Positions 43,553-54,055 are shown, numbered from the stretch's first letter. The stretch: 64,000 nt of DNA from an uncultured Chloroflexia bacterium (GCA_963727005.1 CAVSEO010000003.1:96912-160911); one strand, 5' to 3'. Numbers and translations: made by a program. Notes: generated by a model not told the origin, from the sequence alone.

Positions 43553-44828
43553 GTGCAGAGCGCCCGATACCCACGCCGCCATCGAGCGCGCCTATCGCGA
43601 CGCATACGGGAGCGTGCTGGCGACCCTGATCCGCTTTCTCGGCGGCGATTTCGACTGCCGCGGAGGAGGCCCTGGCCGACGCCTTCGCCGCCGCGCTGGA
43701 GACCTGGCCGCGCGACGGCATCCCGGCCACGCCCGCGGCCTGGCTGACGACCACCGCCCGCAACCGCGCCCTCGACCGTATCCGGCGCGATCGGCGGCAG
43801 GCGGAGAAGCTCGTCCTGCTGGAGCGGGAGCTGGCGGCCACGGAGGTAGCGCAGATGCAGCTCGGAACCGAAGGCGGACTCGAGGACGATCGCCTGCGCC
43901 TCATCTTCACGTGCTGCCACCCCGCCCTGCCCCTGGACGCCAGGGTGGCGCTGACGCTCCGGACGCTCGGCGGGCTGACGACGCCCGAGATCGCCCGGGC
44001 CTTCCTCGTCCCGGAGGCGACCCTCGCCCAGCGCCTCGTTCGGGCCAAGCGGAAGATCCGCCAGGCGGGGATTCCGTATCGCGTGCCCCGGGCGGAGGAG
44101 CTGCCGGATCGGCTCGACAGCGTCCTGGCGACGCTGTACCTCGTCTTCAACGAGGGCTACCTGGCGAGTTCCGGCGAGACGGCGGTCAGGCGCGAACTCT
44201 GTGCGGAGGCCATCCGGCTGGCCGCCATCGTGGCCGACCTCCTGCCGGATCGGCCCGAAACCCACTCGCTGCTCGCGCTCCTGCTGCTCCAGGACTCCCG
44301 GCGCGACGCCAGGGTCGCCGCGGACGGCTCGATCGCGCTGCTGGAGGAGCAGGACCGAACGCTCTGGGACCGGGCCGAGATCGGCCGCGGGCTGGCGGCG
44401 CTGGATCGAGGCTTTCGCGGCGGCCTCGATGCGGTCTCACGCATCGGTCGGGCGCTACCTGCTGCAGGCGTCGATTGCCGCCGAGCACGCTCGCACCCTG
44501 GACGGCGCGACCGACCGACTGGCGAGCCATCGCCACGCTCTACGAGGCACTCGCCCGGATCGACCCCTCGCCCGTCGTCGAGCTGAACCGGGCCGTCGCG
44601 ATAGCCCAGGCGGACGGTCCCGCGGCCGGCCTCCGTCTGCTGGACGATCTGGCGGCGAGCGGCCGACTCGCCGGCTACCACCTGCTGCCGGCGGCGCGCG
44701 CGGATCTCCTTCGGCGGCTGGGGCGCCTCCCGGAAGCGGCCGCGGAGTACGAGCAGGCGCTCGCCCTCTCCGACAACGACGCCGAACGACGCTTCCTGCG
44801 GCGGCGCCTGGCCGAGACGCGAAGCTAG
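43553..44828 (+). CDS. ECF sigma factor with DUF6596/TPR C-terminal extension (ECF42-type), frameshifted
   Basis: AWLTTTARNRA.D, DDRLRLIFTCCHPAL, EIARAFLV, YLVFNEGY, L.EQDR..W, YLLQA, PSPVVELNRAVA. Confidence 0.92.
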
Positions 44829-44895
44829 GCCCCGCCGGCCGCGCGCCTGCGGCCCCGCCCTGCGGCCCCGCCCGGACCGGCGCTAGTCTTGCCCG

Positions 44896-45558
44896 ATGGC
44901 AGCCCCATCGCCGGCCGACCTGCGAGCCTTCGTCCGCCGGCACACGCAACTCCTGCCGGTTCCGGACCTCCCGGGAGTGCGCCTCCACCAGGCGGACGAC
45001 GTGATGACGGTCATGCGACTCGCGGGCACCGAGCTGGATCAACCGGACCCGCCCCTGCCGTTCTGGGCTTTCGCATGGGCAGGCGGGCTGGCCGTCTGCC
45101 GCTACCTCGTCGACCATCCCGAGGAGGTAGCCGGCCGCCGGGTGCTCGACATCGCCTCCGGTTCGGGCCTGTGCGCCATCGTCGCCCTGCAGTCCGGTGC
45201 CGCGTCGGTGCAGGCCGTCGACATCGACCCGTTCGCGGAGGCGGCGGTCGCGCTCAACGCAAGGGCAAACGGCGTCCGCATCGGCTTTCGCCTGCGGGAC
45301 CTTCTCGAGTTCCCTCCGCCGCCGTACGACGTCGTCCTCGCCGGTGACGTTTCCTACGAGGAAACCATGGCGAGCCGCATGTTCGATTGGCTCGGGCTGG
45401 CCGCGCGGAGCGGCACTCGCGTGCTCGTCGGCGATCCGGGCAGGACCTACCTGCCGAGCGGTCTCGAGCGGCTGGCCACCTACCGCGTCCGAACGAGCCG
45501 CGAGATCGAGAGCGCCGAGATCAAGGAGTCCGCGGTCTTCACGTTCCCCGCCGTTTGA
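44896..45558 (+). CDS. Class I SAM methyltransferase (PrmA/METTL20-like protein methyltransferase)
   Basis: PFWAFAWAGG, VLDIASGSGL, DIDP, AGDVSYE, VGDPGR.YLP. Confidence 0.88.
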   Translation: MAAPSPADLRAFVRRHTQLLPVPDLPGVRLHQADDVMTVMRLAGTELDQPDPPLPFWAFAWAGGLAVCRYLVDHPEEVAGRRVLDIASGSGLCAIVALQSGAASVQAVDIDPFAEAAVALNARANGVRIGFRLRDLLEFPPPPYDVVLAGDVSYEETMASRMFDWLGLAARSGTRVLVGDPGRTYLPSGLERLATYRVRTSREIESAEIKESAVFTFPAV

Positions 45559-45610
45559 CAGAGACGGCCGCCCTGCTATTATGAGCGCGCGTTCATGAAC
45601 AGACGCTCAT
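45555..45610 (+). promoter_or_regulatory. Sigma70 promoter and double TetR-type operator of the ABC-TetR operon
   Basis: TTGACA-N16-TATTAT with TGn; ATGAGCGCGCGTTCAT overlapping ATGAACAGACGCTCAT (45581-45610). Confidence 0.75.
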
Positions 45611-45662
45611 ATACAACGAGTCCCCGGTGCGCTCCCGCCGGGACGACGCAGGGAAGGTGGAG

Positions 45663-46574
45663 ATGACAGATCTAGCGGTGCGGCAACTGAGCAAGCGCTT
45701 CGGGAGCGTTCGTGCGGTCGAAGGGCTCAGCTTCGACGCGCCTGCCGGCAAGGTGACCGGCTTCCTGGGCCCAAACGGGGCAGGCAAGACCACGACTCTG
45801 AGAATGCTTCTCGGCCTGGTTCGACCGACCGCCGGCGAGGCCCTCATCGGCGGTGTCCGATACGAACGGCTACGCGAGCCGACCCGGACCGTCGGGGCGG
45901 TGCTCGAGTACAGCGCCTCCAACCCGGGACGCACGGGGCGGGATCAGCTGCGTGTACTCGCCTCGGTGACCGGCGTGCCGGCAAGGCGCGTTGACGAAGT
46001 GCTCGAGCAAGTGGACCTCGGCGACGCGGTGAACCGGCGTGTCAGCGGGTACTCGACGGGGATGCGGCAGCGTCTCGGCCTCGCGGCCGCGCTGCTCGGC
46101 GATCCGAAGGTGCTCGATTCTCGACGAACCGGCCAACGGCCTGGATCCGGAAGGCATCGCCTGGCTGCGGAACCTGCTCCGCAGTTACGCCGCCGAGGGC
46201 CGGACGATCCTCATCTCGAGCCACGTGCTCAGCGAGATCGCCCAGACGGTCGATGGCGTCGTCATCATCAGCCAGGGACGGCTGCGTTTCGCCGGTCCTC
46301 TCGCCGGTCTCGGCGATGGCACGGTCACGGTTCGGACCGGTGAGCTGGAGCGGCTGCGAGGCCTGCTCGGCAATGCCGGTTACTCAGTGAGCGTGACGGG
46401 CACGGCCAGCCTGGACGTCCGCGGCGCCACTGCCGAGGAGATCGGGCGCCTGGCCGCGAGCCAGCAGATCGCCCTCTCGGGGCTCGCGGAGGCCGGCGCG
46501 TCACTCGAAGAGGCCTTCCTCAAGCTGACCGGCGCCGACGAGTCGAGCCGGCATCCCGGTCAGCTGCGATCTAG
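45663..46574 (+). CDS. ABC transporter ATP-binding subunit (BcrA-like), frameshifted
   Basis: GPNGAGKTT, YSTGMRQRLG, LDEPANGLDPEGI, SSHVLSE, SLEEAFL. Confidence 0.9.
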
Positions 46575-46584
46575 GAGCAGAGAC

Positions 46585-47314
46585 ATGTTCACGCTCATCA
46601 ACGCGGAGATTCTTGAAGCTGCGGACGGTTCGCTGGCCGTGGGTCCTTCTGGCCTGCCCAGCTGGCTCTCGTGGCCGCGGGCATCAGCGGGTACGCCATC
46701 GCCAGCGGCAGCAAGCCGATCGAGATCCAGACCGCCCTCGCGCACGTCGGCCTGACGTCGATGCTCGGCCTGGTCCTGGGGATCATGGCCGTGGCCGGCG
46801 AGTACCGCGACCACACCATCACCGACACGTTCCTCGCCACTCCCCGGCGGTCGCGGGTGATCGTCGCCAAGGTCGTGACCTTCACGACGCTGGGATTCCT
46901 CTTTGCCGTTCTGACGGCATTGGTAGCGGTCGCCGTCACCGCGCTGTGGCTCTCGGCACGCGGTTCCTCGCTGGATGTCTCGAGCGGCGTCGTCTGGCAG
47001 ACGCTGGTCGGGGCCGTCCTCTGGGACGCGGGCTTCACGGCCATCGGCGTCGGCATGGGCGCGTGGCTGCCGAACCTGACCGGCGCGATCACCGCCGGCC
47101 TGGTCTGGATCGCGCTGGTCGAAGGCATCGTGGCCAGCATCGTCGGGAGCGACCTCGCCCGCTGGCTTCCGGTCGCGGCAGGTCGCGCACTCGAAAACGT
47201 GCCCACCGGGCCGGGCTACTGGCGCCGTGGGCCGGCGGGCTCGTCCTGGCCGCCTACGCGATCGGGTTCGCCGTGCTCGCGGTTGCCGTTACAGTACGTC
47301 GCGATGTCACCTAG
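46585..47314 (+). CDS. ABC transporter permease, frameshifted
   Basis: AE.LKLRT, GEYRDHTI..TFLATPRR..V..AK, RWLP, VRRDVT. Confidence 0.88.
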
Positions 47315-47327
47315 ACGGGCCAGGGCA

Positions 47328-47948
47328 GTGAGCGGCCGGGTCGGCGACGACCCGGCCACCGCGCTCCGCGAGCATCTGATCGATGCCGCGGAGCGGCTGC
47401 TTGCCCAGGCGCCGATCTCCTCGATCACGACTCGGGAGATCGCTCGGACCGCGGGCGTCTCGGACGGCGTCCTCTACAACTACTTCGCCGACAAGGACGA
47501 TCTCGTGCTCGCGGCGCTTCTGCGCCGGTACCGCACCATCACGGAGCGGTTCTCCACGCGCCTCCCCGAGGCGGGAAGCGGCACCCTGGAGGGGAACCTG
47601 GCCGCCATCGCAGGCGCCCTCTTCGAGCTGGCGGCCGACGTGATCCCGATGGTCGCCGGGCTCTTGTCCGACCCGCCCCTGTTCCACCGGCTGTTCGAGG
47701 CGATGCACCAGGAGCCTTTGGGGCCGCAGCTGTTGGGCGAGCCGCTCGCGAAATACCTCGAAGAGGAGCAGCGCCTCGGCAGGGTTTCGCCGAACCTGGA
47801 CCCGCGGGCCGTGGCCTGGTTGCTCCTCGGCCCAACGGCGATGCTCGCGCTCGCGAGTCAGATGGGGCGTGCGCAGGTCAGCATCGACCTGCCCGAGCAG
47901 CTCCGGCAGATGGTCGCCGCGCTCATCACGGGGCTTCGGCCGGACTGA
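47328..47948 (+). CDS. TetR/AcrR regulator
   Basis: TTREIARTAGVSDGVLYNYFADKDDL. Confidence 0.92.
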   Translation: MSGRVGDDPATALREHLIDAAERLLAQAPISSITTREIARTAGVSDGVLYNYFADKDDLVLAALLRRYRTITERFSTRLPEAGSGTLEGNLAAIAGALFELAADVIPMVAGLLSDPPLFHRLFEAMHQEPLGPQLLGEPLAKYLEEEQRLGRVSPNLDPRAVAWLLLGPTAMLALASQMGRAQVSIDLPEQLRQMVAALITGLRPD

Positions 47949-47969
47949 GGCCGGCGGGCTCCGCGGCCT

Positions 47970-48404
47970 TCACGTTTGCCGGGCCGTAGGTCTCCGCTGC
48001 AGGCGGTTCGCGATCGTGGCTCCGAGGAGGTGGCCTCCCGCGATGAAGGGCAGCAGGAAGACCGCGGCGTACACGACCCAGACCTCGAACGGCGTCTCCG
48101 ACCTGGGCCAGCTCGGGTCGATCGCGTAGTTGGCCTGGTACGCGAGCGCGGCTCCGATCAGCGCCCCGGCCCACGAGGCGAGGGCATCGCGGAAGCGGCC
48201 GGAGATCGCCCCCGCGGCCGCTCCGATGGCGGTCAGGAGCACGATGGCGATCGCGACACCCGCGGACCCGTCGAGACGAGGCCCGTCGCCCCGATAGCTC
48301 CACCAGGAGTAACCCGCGACCGCGCAGGTCCCCAGTCCGGCGATCGCCGCGCCGAGTGCGGCCCTCCACAGGCCGTTCGCTCGGAGGCTCCCTGCTAACA
48401 CCAC
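47970..48404 (-). CDS. Hypothetical membrane protein
   Basis: GGGAGG SD, four hydrophobic helices. Confidence 0.6.
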   Translation of the reverse strand: MVLAGSLRANGLWRAALGAAIAGLGTCAVAGYSWWSYRGDGPRLDGSAGVAIAIVLLTAIGAAAGAISGRFRDALASWAGALIGAALAYQANYAIDPSWPRSETPFEVWVVYAAVFLLPFIAGGHLLGATIANRLQRRPTARQT

Positions 48405-48510
48405 CGCCCACCTCCCATGATCGAACGATTCTACGGCTGCGCGGCTTCCTGCGGCGGCTTGTCGGAGAGGCCGAGACGGGGCGACAATCGTTAGCTGACG
48501 GGAGCCTTCG

Positions 48511-48942
48511 ATGGGCTATTGGATCGCGAGCCTCGCGCTTATCGCCTTCGGCATCCTCGGTGCGATGACGATCGGCTTGCCGTTCCTGCTGATCGGCCTG
48601 GCGATGCTCATCCTGAGCCCGGTTCGGCATCGACCCCTCGCGTTCTGGCCGGCATTCCTGGGCTTCCTCTCCTTCAACGTTGCCGGCCTGCTCATCGAGC
48701 CGTTCTACTGTTCGGCCACCACGGTGGTGGGCGGCGGTTCGTCCCAGACCACCTGCTCCAGCCTGACCGGCATTCCCTGGCCCGCCGACGCGACGGGTGC
48801 GGGCGCGTCCTCCACCGCGTTCGTGATCGCCCTCGGCATCTCCATCTTCATCGGTGTCACGGTCTTTGTGGTGTCCCTCACCTGGCTGTACATAGAGCGA
48901 GAGAAGCGACATGGCTCCGACGCGGGGGCGGCGACCGTCTAG
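48511..48942 (+). CDS. Hypothetical membrane protein
   Basis: GGGAG SD, TM helices, Cys pair in a loop. Confidence 0.65.
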   Translation: MGYWIASLALIAFGILGAMTIGLPFLLIGLAMLILSPVRHRPLAFWPAFLGFLSFNVAGLLIEPFYCSATTVVGGGSSQTTCSSLTGIPWPADATGAGASSTAFVIALGISIFIGVTVFVVSLTWLYIEREKRHGSDAGAATV

Positions 48943-49124
48943 CGAGGTAGGGCGGCGACTCGGGCGCGAAGCGGCGATAGCCGTACCCGAATGGGCGGGT
49001 CTGTTCGGCCCTACCCTGCGTCCGGTGGGGTCGGTAAGGTGCGGTAAGTCCACGTCTGGTTGAGTTGTGCCGGACCGCACTCGACCCCACAAGGCGGAGC
49101 GGAAGGGCTGGGAGGAGGCAGGCC

Positions 49125-50342
49125 ATGCGTTTCGTTCGGGTCCTCGCGCCCGCTTTGTTCGCGTTCATCCTGGCGTTCGGAGGGCTGATCGCTCTCCCAG
49201 GTGGGGCCGCGGCCGCCTCGTCGGCATCCTGGACCCAGTTCCACTACTCGGCGACGCGATCCGGATACAACCCACTCGAGAAGACGCTCAACGCCAGGAA
49301 CGTCGGCCGTCTCGCGGTACGCTGGCAGAAGGCCCTGGGCGGCACCGTATACAGCACTCCTGTGGTCGCGGGCGATCGGATCTTCGTCGACGGGTATTAC
49401 GGCAAGCTTTATGCCCTGCGCCTGAGCGACGGCAAGAAGCTGTGGACTTCCACAGTTGGGACCACGTCAGATTCCACCCCGGCGGTCTGGAGCAACCTCG
49501 TCATCACTCCCGGAATGGACGCGTCCGGTGGCTTCGTGGCGGCCTATGAAGTGGCTTCGGGGTCGCGGCGCTGGCGAACCAGCTTGGCCGTCGACCAATA
49601 TGGCTTCATCACCGCGCCGGCCGTCTTCGGCAGCACCCTGTACGTGTCGGCGGGGACGAGCATCTATGCCCTGTCCGCATCCAGCGGCCGCATCCTCTGG
49701 AAGACCAGTGTCGCCCCGGCGGACTACGACTCCATGATCACTGGGCCCGTGGCGGTCTCAGGCTACGGTGAGTACGTCGTGGCCGCCGGCATGAACGGCC
49801 ATGTCTACGCCCTCAACGCGACCACCGGCGCACTGCATTGGGACGTCGTGGCGGGCGGGGGCATCTATCACGGCGGACCCGCGATCTACTCGGGCATCGT
49901 CTACGTACCCGAAGGAATCTCCAACGGGGCCGAAGGCGGTGGATTTAACATCAGCGCTCTTCAGGTCTCCGACGGGCGGCTGCTGTGGCAGAGCTATGCC
50001 GGCGACGACATCCACGTGACCCCGGCCGCGGGCAATGGCACGGTAGTCATTGGGTCGATCGACGAGGGTCTGCGGGCGTTCAACTCGCGGACCGGCGCCA
50101 CTCTCTGGACTGCCCCCCCTGAGGGCGAAGTCTGGGGTGCGCCGGTACTGGCCAACGGCGTCGTATATGCCGGCACCGACGTCAGCCTGGTGGTACACGA
50201 CGCAGCAACGGGAGCCTCGCTCTACACGTTCGACATGACGGGAACGATGACGATGGCCGGCATGGCTTCGCCTGCCGTCGTGAACGGGCGCGTCTACACG
50301 GCTACCGGCGATGGCACGATCGTCGTCCTGGGCCTGCCATAA
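49125..50342 (+). CDS. Secreted PQQ-binding-like (BamB-type) beta-propeller protein
   Basis: Signal peptide; W.QF.....RSGYNP.E; repeated SxP.V...G.LYAL...G...W blades. Confidence 0.9.
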   Translation: MRFVRVLAPALFAFILAFGGLIALPGGAAAASSASWTQFHYSATRSGYNPLEKTLNARNVGRLAVRWQKALGGTVYSTPVVAGDRIFVDGYYGKLYALRLSDGKKLWTSTVGTTSDSTPAVWSNLVITPGMDASGGFVAAYEVASGSRRWRTSLAVDQYGFITAPAVFGSTLYVSAGTSIYALSASSGRILWKTSVAPADYDSMITGPVAVSGYGEYVVAAGMNGHVYALNATTGALHWDVVAGGGIYHGGPAIYSGIVYVPEGISNGAEGGGFNISALQVSDGRLLWQSYAGDDIHVTPAAGNGTVVIGSIDEGLRAFNSRTGATLWTAPPEGEVWGAPVLANGVVYAGTDVSLVVHDAATGASLYTFDMTGTMTMAGMASPAVVNGRVYTATGDGTIVVLGLP

Positions 50343-50533
50343 GCGGACGCCGCGAACTGCCCGGGCGTGGCTCGCGATCGAACTCGCCGATCAGAGCCGG
50401 GTCATGGCGGAGTCTCGTGCCCTGTGCGGCCGTGCCGTCTGGCGGTATCGGGCTTCCCAGCTCGGTCCGATGAGGCCAGTCTCCGCACTCAGACCACATC
50501 CCGGACGCCACCGGCACTTCCCGGAGGAACTCC

Positions 50534-51009
50534 ATGTCGAAGATCACACCCTGTCTATGGTTCGACGGCAATGCGGAAGAGGCGGCGAACTTCTACGTGT
50601 CGCTGCTGCCCGAGAGCCGGGTCGACAATGTGATGCGCTCCCCCGCGGACAACCCGAGCACACCGGCTGGGGCGGTGCTTACGGTTGACTTCACCCTCGC
50701 CGGCCAGCGGTTCACCGGCCTCAACGGCGGTCCTAGTTTCACTTCACCGAGGCGATCTCGTTCGTGATCGATTGCGAGGACCAGCCGGAGGTCGACCGCC
50801 TCTGGGCCGCGCTGACAGAGGGCGGTGGCACGCCGAGCCAATGCGGATGGCTGAAGGATCGGTACGGCGTCTCGTGGCAGATCATCCCTCGCCAGCTCGG
50901 CGAGATCCTCGGCGACCCGGACACGGAAGGGGCCCGCCGCGCCATGGAGGCGATGCTGAAGATGAGCAAGATCGACGTCGCCGCGCTGCGCCGCGCGTTC
51001 GAGGGCTAG
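50534..51009 (+). CDS. VOC family, PhnB-like (frameshift near 50740)
   Basis: KITPCLWFD..AEEAA.FY, LNGGP, Q.EVD..W, CGWLKDRYGVSWQI, M.KID. Confidence 0.93.
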
Positions 51010-51016
51010 CCGGAGC

Positions 51017-52228
51017 CTAGACCGATGCCGGCTCCAGGCGGATCGCCATGCGCTCGAAATCGAACGTGACCGCGTAGGAACGCAGGAATCCGTGAGAGAT
51101 AAGGCCGCCGATGCGGAAGCCGAAGGCCCACTCGAGCTGAGGCGGGAACGCCCCGGCGATTCCCTGCAGACCCTGTTGCCGGGCGCCGCCGAGGGATAGC
51201 GACGCCACGTCGAAGGGCCATACCTTCATCGCGCCGCCGCCTCCGTGCCCCTCGACGGTCGGACCAGATCCACGCGTGACGCCTGCTTCCTTGAGTGTGG
51301 ATGCCGGACAGGCGAACGCGCCTCCGGCGAGCCCACTGTCGACGAAGAACGTGGTAGATGGACCGTCATTCAGCTTCCCCAGGGCCAGCATGAAGTGGTC
51401 GTCGGCCAGCAGGAAGGGGACGTCGATCGCTCCACCGGCAGGCTCGCTCAGCGAGGCCTTTCTGCGCAGCACCAGCGCTTCTCCCGGGTAGTCGATCGTG
51501 GCAAGGAAGCGATACAGCAGGCACGTCCCGATGCAGCCGGCCAGACCGGGCGTCTCCAGCATCGGCCCCATCGGCGCGAGGTCGAGCACGTTCACGGGCA
51601 GGTTGCGCACCGTCGTGTCGCCGATCGTCAGCGAGTCGGCCGCCCCATGGCCGAGCCCGGCCGTCTTGCCGCCGCCGAAGAAGGCCGTCTGACTGCCGAA
51701 GAGCTGCACGCCGGACGCTCTGGCGAAGCTCGCGTCCAGGATGACTTCCGCACCGCCGGTATCCAGGAAGAACGGGACTTCCGCGCCGCCGTTGAGGCGG
51801 ACCATGACGATGGGCAGGGGATCGGTTCGAACGAACGGCACGCGGGTGGACTCCGGGCCTTCGATGACATACGGTCGGCGACCGGCGAAGGAGTCGAGCT
51901 TGGCGGCGATCGGGTCGTTGCCGGCCGCACGCTGGTGTGTCGCCGCCGTCCCGAAGTCGTCGCGCCGGTAGCTCACCTCGGCCAGCAACTCGCTTGCCTG
52001 GCGGCACTTTCGATCGCGTGCGACGGCCTCGGACAGCAGCCGCTCCGCGGCCGCGAGGTCGTTTCTCATGAGGGCGAGATGGCCCGAAGCCAGCAAGGGT
52101 CGGGGATCGCGAGGCCTGGACGCGGCTTCTCCGACGAACGAAGTCTCGGCCTCTGCGAATCGGTTCGCTCGCAGGAAGTCATCGCCGGCGGAGCGGGAAT
52201 GGCGAAACGGGATGTGGAGCGGACTCAT
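51017..52228 (-). CDS. TPR + double retropepsin-like aspartyl protease
   Basis: N-terminal TPR helices; FFLDTGG...GCIG and FFVDSG...GLIS; IDYP, FDF. Confidence 0.85.
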   Translation of the reverse strand: MSPLHIPFRHSRSAGDDFLRANRFAEAETSFVGEAASRPRDPRPLLASGHLALMRNDLAAAERLLSEAVARDRKCRQASELLAEVSYRRDDFGTAATHQRAAGNDPIAAKLDSFAGRRPYVIEGPESTRVPFVRTDPLPIVMVRLNGGAEVPFFLDTGGAEVILDASFARASGVQLFGSQTAFFGGGKTAGLGHGAADSLTIGDTTVRNLPVNVLDLAPMGPMLETPGLAGCIGTCLLYRFLATIDYPGEALVLRRKASLSEPAGGAIDVPFLLADDHFMLALGKLNDGPSTTFFVDSGLAGGAFACPASTLKEAGVTRGSGPTVEGHGGGGAMKVWPFDVASLSLGGARQQGLQGIAGAFPPQLEWAFGFRIGGLISHGFLRSYAVTFDFERMAIRLEPASV

Positions 52229-52231
52229 GGG

Positions 52232-52810
52232 TCAGCGCTCCTTCGGCTCAGTCGACGCCGGCTCGCCGGTGGGCTCGTGCGGGCTGGCTACGTCTCCGGC
52301 TGCGGCGAGGATCACCAGGAGCGGAACGACTCGGCTGGCGGAGATTCGGTAGAGGCTGCGGCCCGTCTGGTCGACGACCCCGACCGCGAGCAGATCCTTG
52401 AGGTGGTGGTAGAGCTGGCCGGCGGACTCCGAGCCGACGACAGCCTGCAACTCCTGGCTGGTTCGGGCGCCGGCGAGAAGGGCACGAACGAGAGCCAACC
52501 GGGTTGGGTGGCCCAAGGCCGCCATCAGTCGCGCCAACCCGACCGGCTCGAGGTCCCAGATGTCCGGAAGACCGTGCTCCCCGGCCCACAGAACCTCGCC
52601 GTCGCCGAGAGTGGCTGAGCCCGCATATGCGACCGCGCCCCTCATGTTGCCCCGCTCATACCGAGGTCCGTCGCGACGGCGCAGCTCATCCAGCTGCCGC
52701 AGATCCGCCATAGGGGATGGTGGGGCCTGGTTCACGGCAAGCGTGACCACCTCCAGAGCCCCTATGCGGCGCTCCAGGTCCTCCAGGCGGGAAATCGCGT
52801 CGTCGTCCAT
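52232..52810 (-). CDS. ArsR-like winged-helix regulator with N-terminal coiled coil
   Basis: LEDLERRIGALE; AALGHPTRL.L; SAGQLYHHLKDL. Confidence 0.85.
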   Translation of the reverse strand: MDDDAISRLEDLERRIGALEVVTLAVNQAPPSPMADLRQLDELRRRDGPRYERGNMRGAVAYAGSATLGDGEVLWAGEHGLPDIWDLEPVGLARLMAALGHPTRLALVRALLAGARTSQELQAVVGSESAGQLYHHLKDLLAVGVVDQTGRSLYRISASRVVPLLVILAAAGDVASPHEPTGEPASTEPKER

Positions 52811-52811
52811 T

Positions 52812-52866
52812 TCTGACCTCTAGAAGTCTAGAAGTCGAGAATATCAGACTATGGCGCCCGCCGCAA
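52812..52866 (-). promoter_or_regulatory. Promoter with triple 8-bp direct-repeat operator
   Basis: Minus strand TTGCGG-N17-TATTCT; plus-strand TCTAGAAG TCTAGAAG TCGAGAAT at 52819-52842. Confidence 0.7.
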
Positions 52867-52933
52867 CCCTGGAATCGGCTCGGGCGGAGTCCCGCATGCG
52901 CGTTCGTCCGCCCGAGTCAGAACCCGTCTGCGA

Positions 52934-53272
52934 CTACATCAGGCCGACGATGTGGCCCTCCGGGTCCGCGAAGAGCGCGATCGTCGTTTCGGGGGCGACC
53001 TTGGTGAGCGGCATGATGACCTTGCCGCCCAGCTGCTCGACTCGCTTGAGGGTCCCCTCCGGGTCGTCGGCGTGGACGTAGAAAGTCACGTGGCCGGCGC
53101 CGCCGTCCTGGCTCTTGCCGATCCCGGCGGTGAGGCCGCTCGGTTCGCGATACATCCCGTAGCCGTCGGGGTTGCTGGTGTCGAGGCCCCAGCCGAACGC
53201 GTCGGCGTAGAACTTCTGGAGCTTGGCGCCGTCGCGGCCCACGACCTCGACATGGATCACATGGGTTGCCAT
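52934..53272 (-). CDS. VOC/glyoxalase family protein
   Basis: VIHVEV, FY...FGW, VTFYV, GGKVI, FADPEG. Confidence 0.92.
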   Translation of the reverse strand: MATHVIHVEVVGRDGAKLQKFYADAFGWGLDTSNPDGYGMYREPSGLTAGIGKSQDGGAGHVTFYVHADDPEGTLKRVEQLGGKVIMPLTKVAPETTIALFADPEGHIVGLM

Positions 53273-53335
53273 CTGTCGATCTCCTCGCTTGGTTGGCTTT
53301 CGGGGCGACCGACTGTCTGGTCGTCCTGCTCAACC

Positions 53336-53361
53336 GACGTGCCGAACCACGAGGATCGACA
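53336..53361 (-). promoter_or_regulatory. Putative ECF42-type promoter of the VOC gene
   Basis: Minus strand TGTCGA-N16-CGTC. Confidence 0.55.
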
Positions 53362-53577
53362 GCGGGAGCCGCCGAACCAGCAGCCGGCCCGCCTGACGCG
53401 ACGATGGCAGGTAAGCCTCAGGTGATCGAGCGGGTCTAGCGTGGTCGACGCAGTCATCTCGACCACCCTTCGAGTGGATCCAGATAGGCGGCGAGCCCGG
53501 GATCCGCTGGCGTCGTATCGGCGGCCACGCCATCTTCGGCGAGCCCTAGCGCCAGACACGGCTGGTAGGGTAGCGGC

Positions 53578-54055
53578 GTGGACGACCCCATCCCGGCGAA
53601 GGTTCCCTCGCGATGGCCGATCGCACTCTTGCTGGTGGGCGCCATCGTGGCCGTGCTTGCCGTCGGCACCGCGCTCCGGTTCGGGCAGACGCGGACGCCC
53701 AGCCCATCCTCCCAGGAGTCCGAACCGCTGCCAGCCGGACCCATGAGCTATGTCGTCGGCACCGTGACGGCCGGGCCGGTCTCCCCGTCGAGGGAGCCCG
53801 CTGCCCTCCTCTTGCGCGCCGCGACCCGTCGCCGGTGCCGTTGTCACCGCCAGCTTCGCGGGCCGGGGAGAGATTGCTCGGGCCACGACCGCCGCCGGAC
53901 GGAAGCTACCGCATCACCATCCACGGCTACGGTACCTACACGCTGACGGCGCTCCCGGTTCGGGGTTGATGAACGCGCCGGCGCCGGTGACGGTGGCGCT
54001 CGACGCGTTCGAGACCGGGCCCGTCGACTTCCAGTACGACACGGGCATCCGCTGA
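53578..54055 (+). CDS. Exported protein with carboxypeptidase-regulatory-like beta domain (frameshifted)
   Basis: N-terminal TM; GTVTAGPVSPV, DGSYRI, GTYTL, ends YDTGIR. Confidence 0.6.

Noticed and set aside
43272-44828. YciI-sigma factor fusion
   Set aside because: Produced by indels; these are normally two genes and the middle of this ORF is out of frame.
46671-47948. Permease-TetR fusion
   Set aside because: The true permease end (VRRDVT, stop 47314) is in another frame; TetR starts at GTG 47328.
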